Shown: positions 33,350-47,024, counted from the first letter of the stretch. The stretch: 64,000 nt of DNA from the human T2T-CHM13v2.0 reference genome, Homo sapiens (GCF_009914755.1 NC_060933.1); one strand, 5' to 3'. The notes: a model not told the origin generated them from the sequence alone. Program-made: numbers and translations.

Positions 33350-33469
33350 GTGTGTGTGTGTTGTTGTTGCTGTTGTTTTCAGGACAGCCTCTGAAACGAA
33401 AAGGAAGGTGTGTTGTTGTTGTTGTTGTTGTTGTTGTTTCAGGACAGCCTCTGAAACTAACAGGAAGGT
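33350..33469. repeat. 60-bp tandem duplication containing (TTG)n
   Basis: TTTCAGGACAGCCTCTGAAAC.AA.AGGAAGGT at 33377-33409 and 33437-33469. Confidence 0.9.
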
Positions 33470-33834
33470 TTTAGAGGCTGCTGGTCCTTCTCAAAGATAG
33501 AAAAGAGAACTTAGAAGACAAATACTGCAGTATGTGCATGGTACATATGAATATACAGAAAGGAATTATCATATGGATGGTTACCTCTTGTTCATTAATC
33601 ATGAGCCTATATTCAAGAAAATAAGACACAGTTAATCTCTCAATTGGGGTATGCTGCTTCATTTATAATAATAATGAATAATATTAGCTATATTTATTTT
33701 GTTTATACTATATATCTGTGCTTTATATGCAGAATCTCCTTTGATTCTCCAATTTTAGAAAGATATCGTAAGGATCAAAACCAGAAATTTGTGCAGATAA
33801 TGTGCTTTCAGAGGAAGGGTGAAGAGGAACCAGT

Positions 33835-34070
33835 ATTTATTTTGTTCCTTCTAGTGCAAGGTGCTATTCCAGATATTTTCTCTTCATAGTCTCTTTTAAT
33901 CCTCACAACAACCCCATAAGGTGGGCAACAATATCTTCATGTAAGAATAATAAAATTAGTCTCAGAGAGATTAACTAACTTGCCAAAGTTCACCCAGCTA
34001 AGTCATGGTGCAAGCCAAGATTCACTCACAAGGGAAATTGACTCCAGAAGCAGTGTGCTTAGCCACTATT
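33835..34070 (-). mobile_element. MIR SINE
   Basis: TTTAATCCTCACAACAACCCC...CTCAGAGAGATTAACTAACTTGCCAAAG. Confidence 0.75.
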
Positions 34071-35227
34071 CTAAAAAGGTGAATGGTTAGGATGAATATT
34101 TTGGGTCATCTCTGTTCTGGACAGAACTCAAAATGAGACAGGTCTTTTGGAGCGGATCAGTTCCTGGGCAAGTAGTTGGTTCACACACAGCTGCTACAGT
34201 GTGTGGGAAGATAACTACTTCAATGGGTGTTACCTGGTATAGGGAGGATGAAGATAATAGAGAGTAATGGAGAGGTAGTCTAATCAAACAGCATCGGGGG
34301 CAGCCATAATAGTACATGGAAATGGGTGACAGGGATAAGCCCTATGACTGATAGTCTTGTAACAGGCAAAGACAGAAGAAATGACAGGTAAATGGATGCT
34401 ACAAGCTCATGTGCAAGAGCAGGACTCTATACATCAAAGAAGGAGTGCGGATGTGGCAAAAAAAAAACAAAAAAAAAAACTAGCAAGGTTCCCTTTCTTC
34501 AGGGACAGGGAATCTAAGAAGGAAATCAAGGAGTTCAAGAGACTGGAGCAGGGATCCAAATACTGTGGTACAACAATAGAGTAGGATGGGATAGCAGAAA
34601 GGCTGAATGGATGCTGGGTACTTTTGATTATATTTCGTCATGCTGGAAATTTTGCAATGGCTGCCAGTAGCTCTTAGGATAAAGTCCAAAATCCTCATAT
34701 GACTTGCAAGACTTCGTCATATGACTGCCTAATACCCTTATCTTCTGCTACTACTACTCTGTGTCCCCATCCCCAGTTCATCCACTTCTCTCATTTCCAG
34801 CTGAACTGGACCACTGCCTAAACTGTGTACTCCCCATGGAAAAATGTTTCCTTTGCTCTCTTCATTCAATTTGACTTATCATTCAAGACTCCTATTAAAC
34901 ATCAGATCCTCAGGTGCTTTCTGCAACCTTCCCCTCCCGGTCCAATCTAGGTTAAGAGTCCATGTCGTGCACTCCAATAGCATCTTAAACTTCCCTCTCC
35001 TTAACATGTATCACACTTAAAAACTAATGCTCAACTGCCTATCTGAACTGCAAGCCTCAAAAAATATGCGTTGAATGAATTAACATAGAGTTGAACTTTA
35101 ACACCTTCAGTCTCTACTGACTAAGGATAATATTTTCTCCATATCTTACTTTGAGATTGAACTTGTAGGTGGTAACCAAGAGGCTGCAGCTATTGGGAGT
35201 GATTGCCTACAGGAGCTGGCAACTGGG

Positions 35228-35580
35228 TGATATGGTTTGGCTGTGTCCCCACCCAAATCTCAACTTGAATTGTATCTCCCAAAATTCCCACATGTATGGG
35301 AGGGACCCAGGGGGAGGTAATTGAAACATGGGGGCCAGTCTGTCCTGTGCTATTCTCGTGATAGTGAATAAGTCTCATGAGATCTGATGGGTTTATCAGG
35401 GGTTTCCACTTTTGCTCCTTCCTCATTTTTCTCTTGCCACTGCCATGTAAGAAGTGCCTTTAACCTCCCATCATGATTCTGAGGACTCCCAGCCATGTGG
35501 AACTGCAAGTCCAATTAAACGTCTTTTTCTTCCCAGTCTTGGGTATGTCTTTATCAGCAGCGTGAAAATTGACTAATACA
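35228..35580 (+). mobile_element. THE1 (THE1A-like) MaLR solo LTR
   Basis: TGATATGGTTTGGCTGTGTCCCCACCCAAATCTC...GACTAATACA; perfect 5-bp TSD CTGGG at 35223-35227 and 35581-35585. Confidence 0.93.
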
Positions 35581-36070
35581 CTGGGCATGTCCTGCTGGCC
35601 TCAATTGCCACATCAAAATTCAGTGAAGCAGACTCACCAAGTTCTTGGCTTGGCAAATCTCTCTTAACCCACCAAGTTTTTGCAGTGCTTGAAGAAAATA
35701 AGAATAATATTTTTCTCTATATTTTTCCACTAACTTAGATGGATTATTTTCCCCTTTACCTGCCTTCTGTTCATCCTTACCCCTCAGAGGACTCTCTTCC
35801 CAGTTGCCTCCAATTTGCTGGTGTCCCTTGTGTTGGAGGAGGGGTTTTAAAGGAAAGTTTGGTCCTTTTCAGGACTGCAGTAGCAACCCTTAATGCTACT
35901 AGGACAGAACTCACTCCACTGTTCCTGGTGGGGTTGCTAAGCAACATCCCTGATTGCCTTGAAATGGGGTGAGGCTATAGGAAGCTTTGTCAGGGGAGAG
36001 GACACTGGGAACAGTCGCTGGGAGCTCCTTCCCTTACAAATTTAGTCTTTCATTCTCTTGTTTCCAGATT

Positions 36071-36073
<3 letters not shown>

Positions 36074-36101
<28 letters not shown>

Positions 36102-36362
36102 GGAGACAGAGTCTCTCTCTGTCTGCCAGCCTGGAGAGCAGTGGCATGATCTCAGCTCACTGCAACCCCCTGTCTCCTGGGCTTAAGCAATTCTTCTGCC
36201 TCAGCCTTCTGAATAGCTGGGATTACACGTGTGTGCCACCATGCCCGGCTAATTTTTCTATTTTTAGTAGAGACGGGGTTTCACCATGTTGGCCTCAGGT
36301 AATCCACCCACCTTGGCCTCCCGAGGTGCTGGGATTACGGGCATGAGCCACCACGCCCAGCC
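36074..36362 (-). mobile_element. AluS (Sx-like) SINE with short internal deletion
   Basis: Reverse Alu with long T tail; TGTTGGCC joined directly to TCAGGT; AGATTCC at 36066-36072 and 36364-36370. Confidence 0.93.
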
Positions 36363-36629
36363 TAGATTCCATTTTAATTATTTAAAAATGATGTCTCCTC
36401 TGATGGTACCCTGCTGCCATTTTGAGTTTAAAGTACATTTGTTGTCATTGGTCACTTGTGAACTCCTGGAAGGCAGAGATTTATCTCTAACTCTTCCACT
36501 CAGTTCCTGTGCTGGAGAGGATTTCAGAGGAGACACATACACAATAGGGAAGGCCAAGGAGCATAAAGGGACAATGATTCCAAGTCTTGGTCTTGAGCCA
36601 TGCCTGGCTCAAGGGAATAATGAAAGCTA

Positions 36630-36890
36630 ACTTCAGTTGAATGCTTACTAGGTGCCAGGAAGTTATAGACAGGGCCTTAACTGCACTAACTCATGTAAGC
36701 GATGACACCCTGGCAAAAGATGTGTCCTCATGCCAACAAGATGAAGTAGGAGTTATTCTACCTACATGACAGATGAAGAGACTGAGGTTACAGAGATTTA
36801 GTAACTTTCCACGGCCACACAGTTTGTGAAGACCAGAACCAAGAAGTAAACCCCTTCAGGCCTTTGGCCCCCTGCTCCTAACCACTCCAT
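36630..36890 (-). mobile_element. MIR SINE
   Basis: TTGAATGCTTACTAGGTGCCAGG...ACAGATGAAGAGACTGAGGTTACAGAGA. Confidence 0.7.
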
Positions 36891-38238
36891 ATCATCCTCA
36901 TGTCTTAACACTTGTGCTAAATCAGTAATTGCAAAACTGAAGTTACCAGCCCTTTCTTGTGCCTTGGTTTCCTCACCTGTATGATGGAAATAATAACTCT
37001 GTCTTAGAGATTTGTAAGAATTAAATAAGATACATTTTAAATACCTGGGACATCACAGAGGCTCAGTAAAAATTATATGCCTTCTTTTCCTCTTCTATCA
37101 ATGTGTGCTGAATCCTAAGACTTGACTGAACCTAGAAGAGCAGAAAATGGCATTTATAGTTCCCTTTTCCGGAGACATCACTTATAGAAGTAATGCTTTC
37201 GTAAACATTTAAACTTTCTTATTATGATAAGGTGTCTTCATTCTGCCTGTCAAAAATTTCAGTGTCACCATAAGAGACGGGAAATTGGTTCACTTCTTAT
37301 GGTCAAGGATAAAAATTCTTGGAATTTTGGGATCAGAGAGACACAAATAATATGAGAAAGTAGAAAGACAGAGGATGCTGAACAAGGACAATGATGCCTT
37401 CACAGGGCCCCACTTACTGTCTACAGAAGTCATTCCTCCTCCTCATTCATGCTAAAAATCCCCTCAAGCTATATTGGTCTACATTTATTGGACCTCAGAT
37501 AGGTTTTCAGGGGGCTTGGACCAGACTGTTTCCCCGCTCTACCCACTATGATGAAATATGGGAACTGGCTGAGCTGGAGATCAACGGCCTTCATTATGTG
37601 CCTTAGTGCTGGGGAACAGACTACAGTTTTCATCTCCTGATCTAAAATACCCATGCCACTGCTCAGTGTCTGCCCATTTCACTCCCTTAGTACCACTCCT
37701 TCCCAGACAAGAGTGATGCACAGTCAATACTGCTTTGCCAGAGAGAGCTGGCAGCCCTACCTGGAGCCAGCAGGCTTCCCTGAGGTGTTTGAGAAGGAGT
37801 AAGAAATGCATCTGTGCTCTGAGTCAGACTACATTCTTCCAGATGGAAAATCTGCCCTCCAGAACAGGCGGAAGCTCTATGATTCCAGGTGTCAGTACAT
37901 TTAGCACTATCCAGATACACTTGACTCTGGCTCACGGAGGGATTTCATGGTTCTGTATTAAAGGAGAGGTACCAGATGCCTTTAGAGTCTGAGCTATCCT
38001 TACAGATAACTTTCTTAGAGCATTTATTTGTATCTTTTGGGGAAATTGCATTTGGCAAAGTTAGAAGACCTGTTTATGGAGACTGACAAATCATAATTCC
38101 ATCATGGCCACCTGTCAGATTACTTGGCTGCATGGCCATAGTCAAATTACTTCACTTTTCTAAGTCTCAGTTACTTTGTGTGTAAACTGAAGTGTTAATT
38201 AGACCCACCTCACTGGGTTGCCATGAAGTTAAATAAGA

Positions 38239-38605
38239 TGTTATGATCTGAATGTTGGTTATTCTCCTCCAAAAGTAATGTGTTGGAACCTAATACCCAA
38301 GTTTTAGGGTATTATAGTTTTAAGAAGTGGGGCCTTTGGGAAGTTATTAAGCCATGACCCTACAGTCGCATTAATTGGGTTAGTGACCTTGTAACAGAAG
38401 CTCAAGCTCCCTTGCCCCTTCCACCATGTGAGGAGAACAAAGCAATAAGGCCATCTATGAGGAACAGGCCCTCATCAGACACTGAATCTGCTGATGCCTT
38501 AATCTTAGATTTTCCAGCATCTAGGACTGTGAAAAATACATTTTTGTTGCCTATAAATTACTCAGTCTCAGTATTTTGTCATAGCACTCCTAACAGACTA
38601 AGACA
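38239..38605 (+). mobile_element. MaLR solo LTR (MST/MLT1A-like) inserted in a MIR
   Basis: TGTTATGATCTGAATG...CAGACTAAGACA; CCCTTCCACCATGTGAGGA; MIR sequence on both sides. Confidence 0.8.
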
Positions 38606-41600
38606 TAAAATAACTTGCATCAAATTCGTACTATAGTACTTGGCTCTCCCTAGTGCCATGAGCTCAACTAATTTTAGTTTATTATTAAGATGAATTTGTC
38701 TATCTATCTGTTTATCAAAATTACATTTTTTATTTGTGCCATTTATTTAACAAATAGATAGGCTCCTTACATGCCAGACACTGTTCTAGGTTTTTTAAAA
38801 GTACTTAATTCTTATAACACCCATTTTAGGGAGGACCTACTAAGAATCTCCATTTTACAGAAGAAACATTTGAAGCAAGAGAGGTTAAATATCTCAGTCA
38901 AGTCACACAGCTGGTATATAGCCAAGCTCTATGTCCCATTTCCTGTCTTGAAATCTGTGCTCTTAGCCACAGCTGTATGCTCCCTGTTATTTTCTCATGT
39001 CAGGAATAAGCTTGAGTGTAATGGTGAAATCACTAATCTGGGAATTAGAAAATTTGAGTTCTAATTCTGGTTCTGTAGGTGCCTGAAAATTCAGGAAAAA
39101 CCCAGAACCTGGGTCTAGTCTCTAAGCTCAGAATACTTTTGTGCACTCACAAAATGTTAGGTGACATTATTATTAATTTATAATTATCTTTTACACCATT
39201 AACACCATATAATTAACAAACCCTTGGCAGTGTTTATAATCATCCCTAATTTATAAAGGCATTACAATCTCCTTATGCATTCAGGCCTGTGGCAAAGTCA
39301 GTACAATCTCTGCTCCCTGGTTAAAGCTTGAGGGGAATCACTAGACAGGGAAAGCACAGTCATCTCTGGTGACATCAGCACAAAATTCAGACTTTCAGTG
39401 TGGGTATCCCTTATTTCTCCCCATCATCAGCTCTGCAGCTTTTTGTTTAAAATTTTTATCCAGGCCATTTTCTTCCTGGACTGGGATAAATACCTCCATC
39501 TGGAAGTTTCATGAAGACTATGAAGCCTGAACTGTGGAAAAGGCTCATTGTCCACTCTTAGGGAGAGATTGGCCCTTGAGTAGAATCAACACAGTTTCAG
39601 GGGACACCTACCAAGTGAGGGATGTTGGGAGTGGAGGTCAAATATTCAATCAGAGAGCAATTCAACTTGTGATTCATGAAACCTATTTGTTTATTCCAAG
39701 CTACTTGGCAGATATTTTTCTTTTACTGATTTAACAATGTCTCCTTCAAACCTCATGCCCACCATTATCCCAGGTTCAGTGATCTAGATGCTTTGTCTAC
39801 TGATTATGCCATATATACCAAGGCATTCTTTTTCATCCTTTAGCCTAACTCTTGCCAGTTTAGAAGCCTCTTTCTTTCAGTTAATACTCACAAATAATGT
39901 ATCTACTAAATAAATGTGTTTCTATGATATATTTCAAGGTTTTGTTAAAGTGACCATAACTACCATTCCTATCAAGATGTTTATCTTTATATAAAGACTG
40001 CCTTCTCTGATGGGCAGGAGGGTGCTATGCAAGTTATATTAACTTGGTAAGTGATCCTAGTTCAAACTATGCATGAAATAGTGAAAAGGAAACTAAACTC
40101 ATGGTTTAGACTAGATCAGAGGTACTCACCCAAGGCTGGTAGCATTCCAGAATGTTCAAGAAAAGTTGTTAAGGCATCTGTGAAATATTTTTCAAAAGTG
40201 TATATGAAGGTACATTTTTATTGGGAAGGAACCTAGATAGAGCTTTTGATATCGCAAAGAAATCTGTAACTTTCCTCAAATTAATTAAAATTAAAGAGAT
40301 TTGTAATTTCCCCCAAGTTGACTAGGTGACAAGTTTATTTAGTAAACGTGATGTTATTTCCCACTCATTGGTTCAAATCTATCCCATTGCATTCTTTGCA
40401 TCCACGTCAATTTGTGAGTTTGCTGAGAAGGGAGGAGGGTTCCAAGACAAAGTAGTGAGAGAATATACTATGTTCCTTGACTGCAAATGCTGACAGTTAG
40501 ATCCAATACTGAAAAGTAAGGAATGGCATCACATGTGTAACTGCAGGTCCTGGTAACAATTTAGAGAGAGAAGGAATATTGATAAGAGTTTACTCAGGCA
40601 GCCTCCTCCTTTTAGGTTTTTAGAGTTGCTAAGGCTGGAGTCACTGATAAGCAATTCTCAAGAAGAGATCGACCTCCACTCAGCCTAAGATTATTATGAA
40701 CATCCAAGGATTTAGTTGATCCTTAGTTGGAAAAATGTCTATGTATAAAATTTTGGTAACAAGAAATTATATGTTTATATATATGTGGTCTGGCAGCATA
40801 TATATTTGTGTGTGTGTGTGTGTATGTGTGTATATATCTATATAGATATGAAGAGAGAGAGAGTGTTTGGTAACCCATTAGTATAAATATCATGGGGTTG
40901 ATCCTTGATTCTTATACTGACTAGAAGATTAGACTAGAAAACCTTTTACTTCCAGACAGTAAAAAGAGGACTAAACTCACGGTCAGTGTTCAAACTTTTG
41001 GTATAATCCTCTCTTTATACAAATTCTTTATATAAATTATATAATTATATAATTCAAAAAGTTGAAGTTTTAAAGATCTGTAACATCTTCTTTAGCCCTA
41101 AAAGTCTATAATTCCACCTGTGCAGTCTTCTCTCCATTTGTCCTGGTAAATTAATCCTCTGTAACTCTAATAAAGTAGTTTTCCTAAAAATCTATCTTGA
41201 CTGCCACGAACAGTGCTACATTAGCTTTCTTTTAGTCAATATGTGTCTAACATATTTTTGTCAATTCTTTTATTTTCAACCTTTATCTACTTTTAAATTA
41301 ATAACTTGTAGTCTCTGGTTTTTTACTGACCAGTTTTATCCAATTATGTTTATTGTGATTATCTGTATAGTAAGTTTCGTTATTGTACATGTTTGTATGT
41401 GTCCAGCTATTTTAATGATTCTTTTGTTGTCTTTTTTGCCTTCTTTTCAATTGTTTTTTTCTCTATTAACTTAAAAGTTATAGGATCTGCATCTATTATA
41501 TTAGGGGTTAATCACCCTTAGTCTTGGACTCTATGGTCTCTACCCCTGATCATTTATCACCGTCTAGTGGATGGATCTGTATCATTATTATCATTTTCTT

Positions 41601-43974
41601 TCTACATAACAGAGTATAGGATAACATATTTGTCATTTGGATCATTTTATCAATACAGACAACCCAACAAGATACTCCACATTCCAAATTATATTCTTGG
41701 ACTTGAATAATCCCAAAGCCTCATTCCTATTGTGTTCACCCGTTTTGCTCCCCCATCTTTCTTCCACTTTGCAACATGTAGTCTCTGGACTACATGTAAC
41801 TTTGATTTTAATCACTGAAGGGAGCTTTGCTGTTAGTGTGACCTCTTCTTGCCCTTCTCTTTGAAGGGGGCAGATGTGCCAGGGTCCAGAATTTTCCAAT
41901 GATTTTATTTGATAGCTAATTAATGTCCTTCTGTGGTTTCCATAGCAATGCCACGCTTTGCTGCCAGGCCTTATCCAAATAGGCATTCTGTTCACTCTTG
42001 TGTCTTAGCATCAGCATATTAATCAGACACCATAGGTCCTTGGTTGCTGCATCAAATTGGTAAGACACTAATTGAATTAAAATATCACTTGGAGGCTTCA
42101 GGCTTCTCTTCCAGCTAGAGGGGAACCTTATTAGCTCAAAGGGCCAGCCAGACCCAAGCAGGAAACATTTGGAAATCCACACAAATTTTTGTCCTTTCAT
42201 AGCAAATTTTTTTTTCTCACCATTGAATAAATATTTTGATGTCTGAATCCTTCTTTCTCTTTGAAAATTGTTCTGTTTCCCTGACCTTTCTAGTCATTAG
42301 ACAATGCTGTATTCTTTCTATAAGATGAAGTGACTGAGTTAATATTTTCAAGGTGAAGGGAAGAATTTTTCCTACAACTGCAGTGAATGAAGTCTGGAAA
42401 AGAACTCAGATTGAAGGTCCTAATTGAATTGTGATAAGGATTAAGTAGCACACTGCATATGAAGATTGCTTAGCAATCTGTAAAGTACTGTGTAAATACA
42501 AGGGCTTATTACATTAGGAGTCTTTGGAAGTGCCTGGAAGGTATAGATGAAGGAGAAAAGAAAGGGAGGGAACTGAGGAACAATTAATCTTAAATTCATT
42601 CTTTAAATCATGAAGATTATGGATAATTGTTTCTACTGCTCATATAGAGTCAAAATCCTCACTCTCTTTGGTAGGTTTACTATTTCAAATAACACCTTTT
42701 AAAATCACTATTGGAACTGACCCTTAAATATGCAATGCATATTTATACTTTATAATCGTTTTCGCATCCACTGTTCCTTTGGTCACTCTATTCTTTTCTA
42801 CTTGCCCAACTCCTGATCATTTTTCTACACTTAGAATGAATAAGTCCTTTCTGTAAAGGCTTTTCCAACCCCATAAACAGAGTTAACACCTCCTTCAGGG
42901 CTCCTCTCTGTGTGCCTGACTGCATGAAAGCACTGATCATGGTAAACAATAATTATTGTTGTTTTTTAAATTGGTTTATGTGTCTGTCTTTTTCATTAGT
43001 TTATGACTGGCACAAAAGCATGAATGATTTCCTTTCAAATCTGTGTATTTTGGACATGCCCCATTCACCTGCTAGGTGTTTGAGAAATGTTTGGTCATTG
43101 ACTGGCCTTCTGCCAAATTTCATGCTTGATGGATAAGCTGTGATGTGACCTCTGGCATAAAGGATTTTCAACCTAAATGAGCACTGAACCTTCTCAAAAT
43201 CTGAGGTCCAAATACCTATGTCAGTGTAAAGTGCATGCCACCCTGTGAAAGTTGGTATGGAACATATGCTAATTCATACTAAAAACTGAAATATTAAAGT
43301 TGGAATTTACCATTCTTAAAAAAAAAAAGAATCTTCTTCCCAGACACACTTAGACAAAGTAGATAATTCTTTACCTCTATGCATTGAAACCCTCCCATTC
43401 TTTCACCTTAAAATAAGCTACACTAGGGATGGTGTTCACTTTGTGTCCTGCTAACACAGACTTCAATAACCTCTGAGACAGGTCTGTGTATTTTATCCAG
43501 GAGGACATTACCATAAGAAGGAAATGCACATTGCAGAACTGGAGCCAGTGGGTGAAATATGCAAAGCTGATCAAAGTATGGAAGGATATTCCAATTAGAT
43601 CTGGTTTATAACACAAGCTGGAATGGGAGCTATTACTCTTCTTCCGTGAAATAATGTTAATAATTCAAAGAAAGTGGAAGATAGAGCTAATTAGCTAGCT
43701 CCCTGTCCCTGGTATGATCTAGTCAGTGAATGGTGGTGATTTCCCAATGATGAAGAGATTTGCACTGGGAGAAGTTTAGATCACAGTAGTTCTATTTTCT
43801 CTTCCAACCTTAAAATTTTGTGATTCTGCATTTCTCTTCCAATGCAGAAATGAGGATCCAGATGCTCAGGAGGAAGCTCTTGCAAGCACTACCTTAGCAA
43901 AAAGATGAACTCAGAGTTTCTGGAGACTAAGAAGTGATGTTTGACCAAATCCTTTACAGAACTGCTTTCAAATG

Positions 43975-44055
43975 AGCTGTCTTTGTTGGTCTTTCATCCT
44001 GATTTAACCCCCAAGTTAAAGCTGTCTTTCTTAGTCTATCATCCTGATTTAACCC
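43975..44055. repeat. 45-bp period tandem duplication
   Basis: AGCTGTCTTT.TT.GTCT.TCATCCTGATTTAACCC at 43975-44010 and 44020-44055. Confidence 0.9.
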
Positions 44056-44824
44056 TCATAAGGCCTCTCACCCTTTCACAGATGCCAAGGAAGTGGCAGT
44101 GTTTATATTTCTGTGTGTGGGGAACGGGAGTGGGTGTATAGGTGGTAGATGTGCATATGTATTATCAAAGGAGATTATATATATTTAGACTTCTTAGGGA
44201 ATTCTGTCTGGCAAACCAATGCAATACTAAAACTTACCCTGTTTTTTGGTCACTGATTTTATTTAAACTAAAACTTAACTAACTAACTTTACCTTTAATA
44301 TAGAAAGAATTTCTGGGAAACCTAAATTTTTTTTTTTTTTTTAGAAAGCAAAGGGGGAGAAATTTCTTCAAACTCTCTCTCTAAACAAACAACCTCAGAC
44401 TGAAAAAAAACTTCATCCCTTGGCAACTATGTTGAAGGAGAAAATACAAAAGCAGCCAGTGTAATTTGGAAGAAGGTGCACTGCCAAGGGAGTCAGAAAG
44501 TGAGGGTCAAGCCCTCATTCAGGCAGTAACTCTGGGTGTAATCATGGGCATGCCATTCCTCTCTGAGCCTATTATTTCTTTCTCAAACTAAGGAGTTTGA
44601 TGAGCTGATATCCAAAATTACTTATTGTCCTGTGACTATGTGAATGTACCCCCTCCTAATCCCACCTACTGGCCAGCTTGCATTAGTTTTAATGTATTCA
44701 GAATGAAAGATGCCCTATGGGTAAGATAGCATTGTCACTGTATTCCCACCCCTGTGTGAGAAAGAGTCAAAAAGAAGAGAAAACAAACACACACAAGGAA
44801 TTAATTAAGCATAAAGAGGGAATA

Positions 44825-45277
44825 AATCTTAACCGAAGAAATATCTTCTTTATCTATGTCCATTTCCTCCAAAAAGGAAAAATGGCAGTGTCAGTTGTAC
44901 ATTACATATATCTCTCTTTCTTTTTAGTGTTTAATCTTAGCACCTGCACAGCAGAGATCTTTACAATTCATTGCATATGCTTTCTCCCTTCTCCCCCAAT
45001 ACAGCACCTGAGGCCTAAGAAGCAACTCCCTCAATGCTCCACAAAAGGCTGAGACCCTTCTTCATGACAGAGTGAGTATAGAAATAACAAACATGCCCAA
45101 CGCTTTTATACAGTTGCTAGAACGTTTTCATTTCCAACAAATGAAGATTTTCCTCCTTTTCTTTGAATATTAATTACATTTTACAAATTTTTGTGGGTTT
45201 TTTTGTTTTGTTTTGCTTCATTTTGTTCTGTTGTGTGTGTACAACAACAGGAAAAGTCCATGGCAAGGAGTCCCGGG
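44825..45277 (-). other. BRINP1: Probable 3' UTR of BRINP1
   Basis: Follows the TAA stop; end inferred from variant hexamers ATTAAA (44935-44930) and GATAAA (44854-44849) and a GU/U-rich tract at about 44800-44760. Confidence 0.6.
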
Positions 45278-46418
45278 TTAGCAGAGTTTGGCTGTCATCT
45301 GGTCCGACTGTTTGAGGATCTCCGTGTTGTACAGGTCCAAGGCGTGGTTCACCCTGATGATCTCGCTGTTGGTCAGTTTCAGGCGGTGTTTCAGCATACA
45401 GGAGAACAAGTCCAGCTGGGGTTTCCCCGGGGCCACAGGAGGGGCCAGGCGATTAATTCGGTCCCGAATATCCAACAAGAGGAGCATCACTGACGAAGAG
45501 GAATAGAACTGGCCGCCCTGTGTGTAGGACTGGTTGACCTGCTGCACTGCACTGCGCAGGAGGTCGGCGTTGAACCTCAGGCTATACCCAAACACCTGCA
45601 CGTCTGAGATCTTGATGTAGAACTGCCTCTTGGAGGGATCCGACAGGTCCACGGGGCCCTGGCCAGTCTCATTTCGCAGTAGGGTAGGTAGCCGAGTCCG
45701 ACTACGTAGGTAGATGTGGACCGTCTCGAAAAATGTTTTCCACCGATTGCCCAGCAAAAGAGTCCAGTTGTAGCACTGGCTGTTTTGGAGACGGATCTTC
45801 TCCCAGCGTGGGTAGCCAAATTCCCCGAAGGGCATGTTCCAGCCCTCCGAATGGCTCCCGCTAAAGGGGTTGACATAGACAAAGAACATGGGGTCCAGGC
45901 TGCTGTTGCGCATCTGGCAGATGCGCATGGACATGCCGATCACCATGTGGATGAAGTCCATGCGGTTCTTGTTGCTCTTGAGAGTGAGGGACATGCGCTT
46001 GCGCCACCGAGGGTCAAAGAAGGTGTCGAGGCGGATCTCGTTGCTGATGAAGGTGGTGTGGACGTAGAGGCGTGAGTCCATCTTCTGCAGCAGGTACTTC
46101 AGCTCCAGGTCCTGGAAGTCCAGGTCAGTCTCAAAGCTGATGAACTGCTCGCTCCGCTCCGAGTCCACGTTCTGTGGTTCACAGCGGCCTCGATACAGCT
46201 TGTAGCCCTTGTTGCAGGAGCCGCAGAGGGAGATGTTGGCCAGGCTGCACATGGCGCAGCTGTTGTTCCCGCCTATCACGCAGGGGATGGGGCGCTGGCA
46301 CAGCGTGGTGCTGCCGTGGCACACGCAGCTCCGCTGGCTCTCCAGGAAGGTTCCCCAAAACCCATTCTCATTACAGTAGAGGAGTGACTGGACCCTTGCA
46401 AGCCACTGCTGAATTGTC
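45278..46418 (-). CDS. BRINP1: BRINP1 (DBC1/DBCCR1/FAM5A) terminal coding exon: Cys-rich EGF-like region and BRINP C-terminal region
   Basis: Open frame [35 protein letters not shown]...[12 protein letters not shown] recognised as the BRINP1 C-terminus; GC3-rich codons; begins after a phase-2 acceptor; TAA at 45280-45278. Confidence 0.95.
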
Positions 46419-46445
46419 CTGGGAGATAAAGGAAAATTGGAGAAG
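46419..46445 (-). promoter_or_regulatory. BRINP1: 3' splice acceptor of the BRINP1 terminal exon
   Basis: Minus strand CCAATTTTCCTTTATCTCCCAG|GACAATT; polypyrimidine tract, AG at 46420-46419. Confidence 0.9.
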
Positions 46446-47024
46446 GTTAGCTACCATGAGTGGGTCTGTGAGTTACAGTTATCCAACTGATAATGCGAAC
46501 TGGAGCTGCCAAAAAGATGAAAGGACTGGATGGAGCAGTGACAATACAGGAAGGGCATCGAATATAAACGTAAGAACTACATTGTAGCTCCTCCTAATGC
46601 CACAAACCAGCTGCATGACATCGTACTTTACCTTCCTAATGTTCAATGTCCTCATCTGCAAAGTGAAGGGGTTGGAGTAAATGTTCCTTGGGGTCCTTCC
46701 AGCTCTTTGATTCCATTATACACTAGTCCCAGAAAAGTGTGATTCAGGAAATGAAAGTGTCTAGACTCAAATACCCCTTCTGGATGACAACATATTGTAA
46801 ACAATCAGCAATGAAAAAGACCTTAGGGGTTATTTGTTTACTTAAACCACATGTTTCAACCCCCATTACAGATTCCTCCCATGAGGGTGTATAACATCTA
46901 CCAACTTCAACAAAAACAAATTATATTTTATCATACGCTAGAAATCATGTAGTGATTTCTATTGATGATCTTACATGATCCTCATGGTGGTTTTTTAGAA
47001 CATGTTAGAAAGGGGTTATTTCCC

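Noticed and set aside
46322-46324. ORF-track start of the 348-aa ORF
   Set aside because: It is an internal GTG (Val); the frame stays open up to the splice acceptor at 46418
45191-46587. Plus-strand ORFs (100, 119, 137 aa) overlapping the BRINP1 exon
   Set aside because: Expected antisense shadows of a GC3-rich coding exon; no independent support
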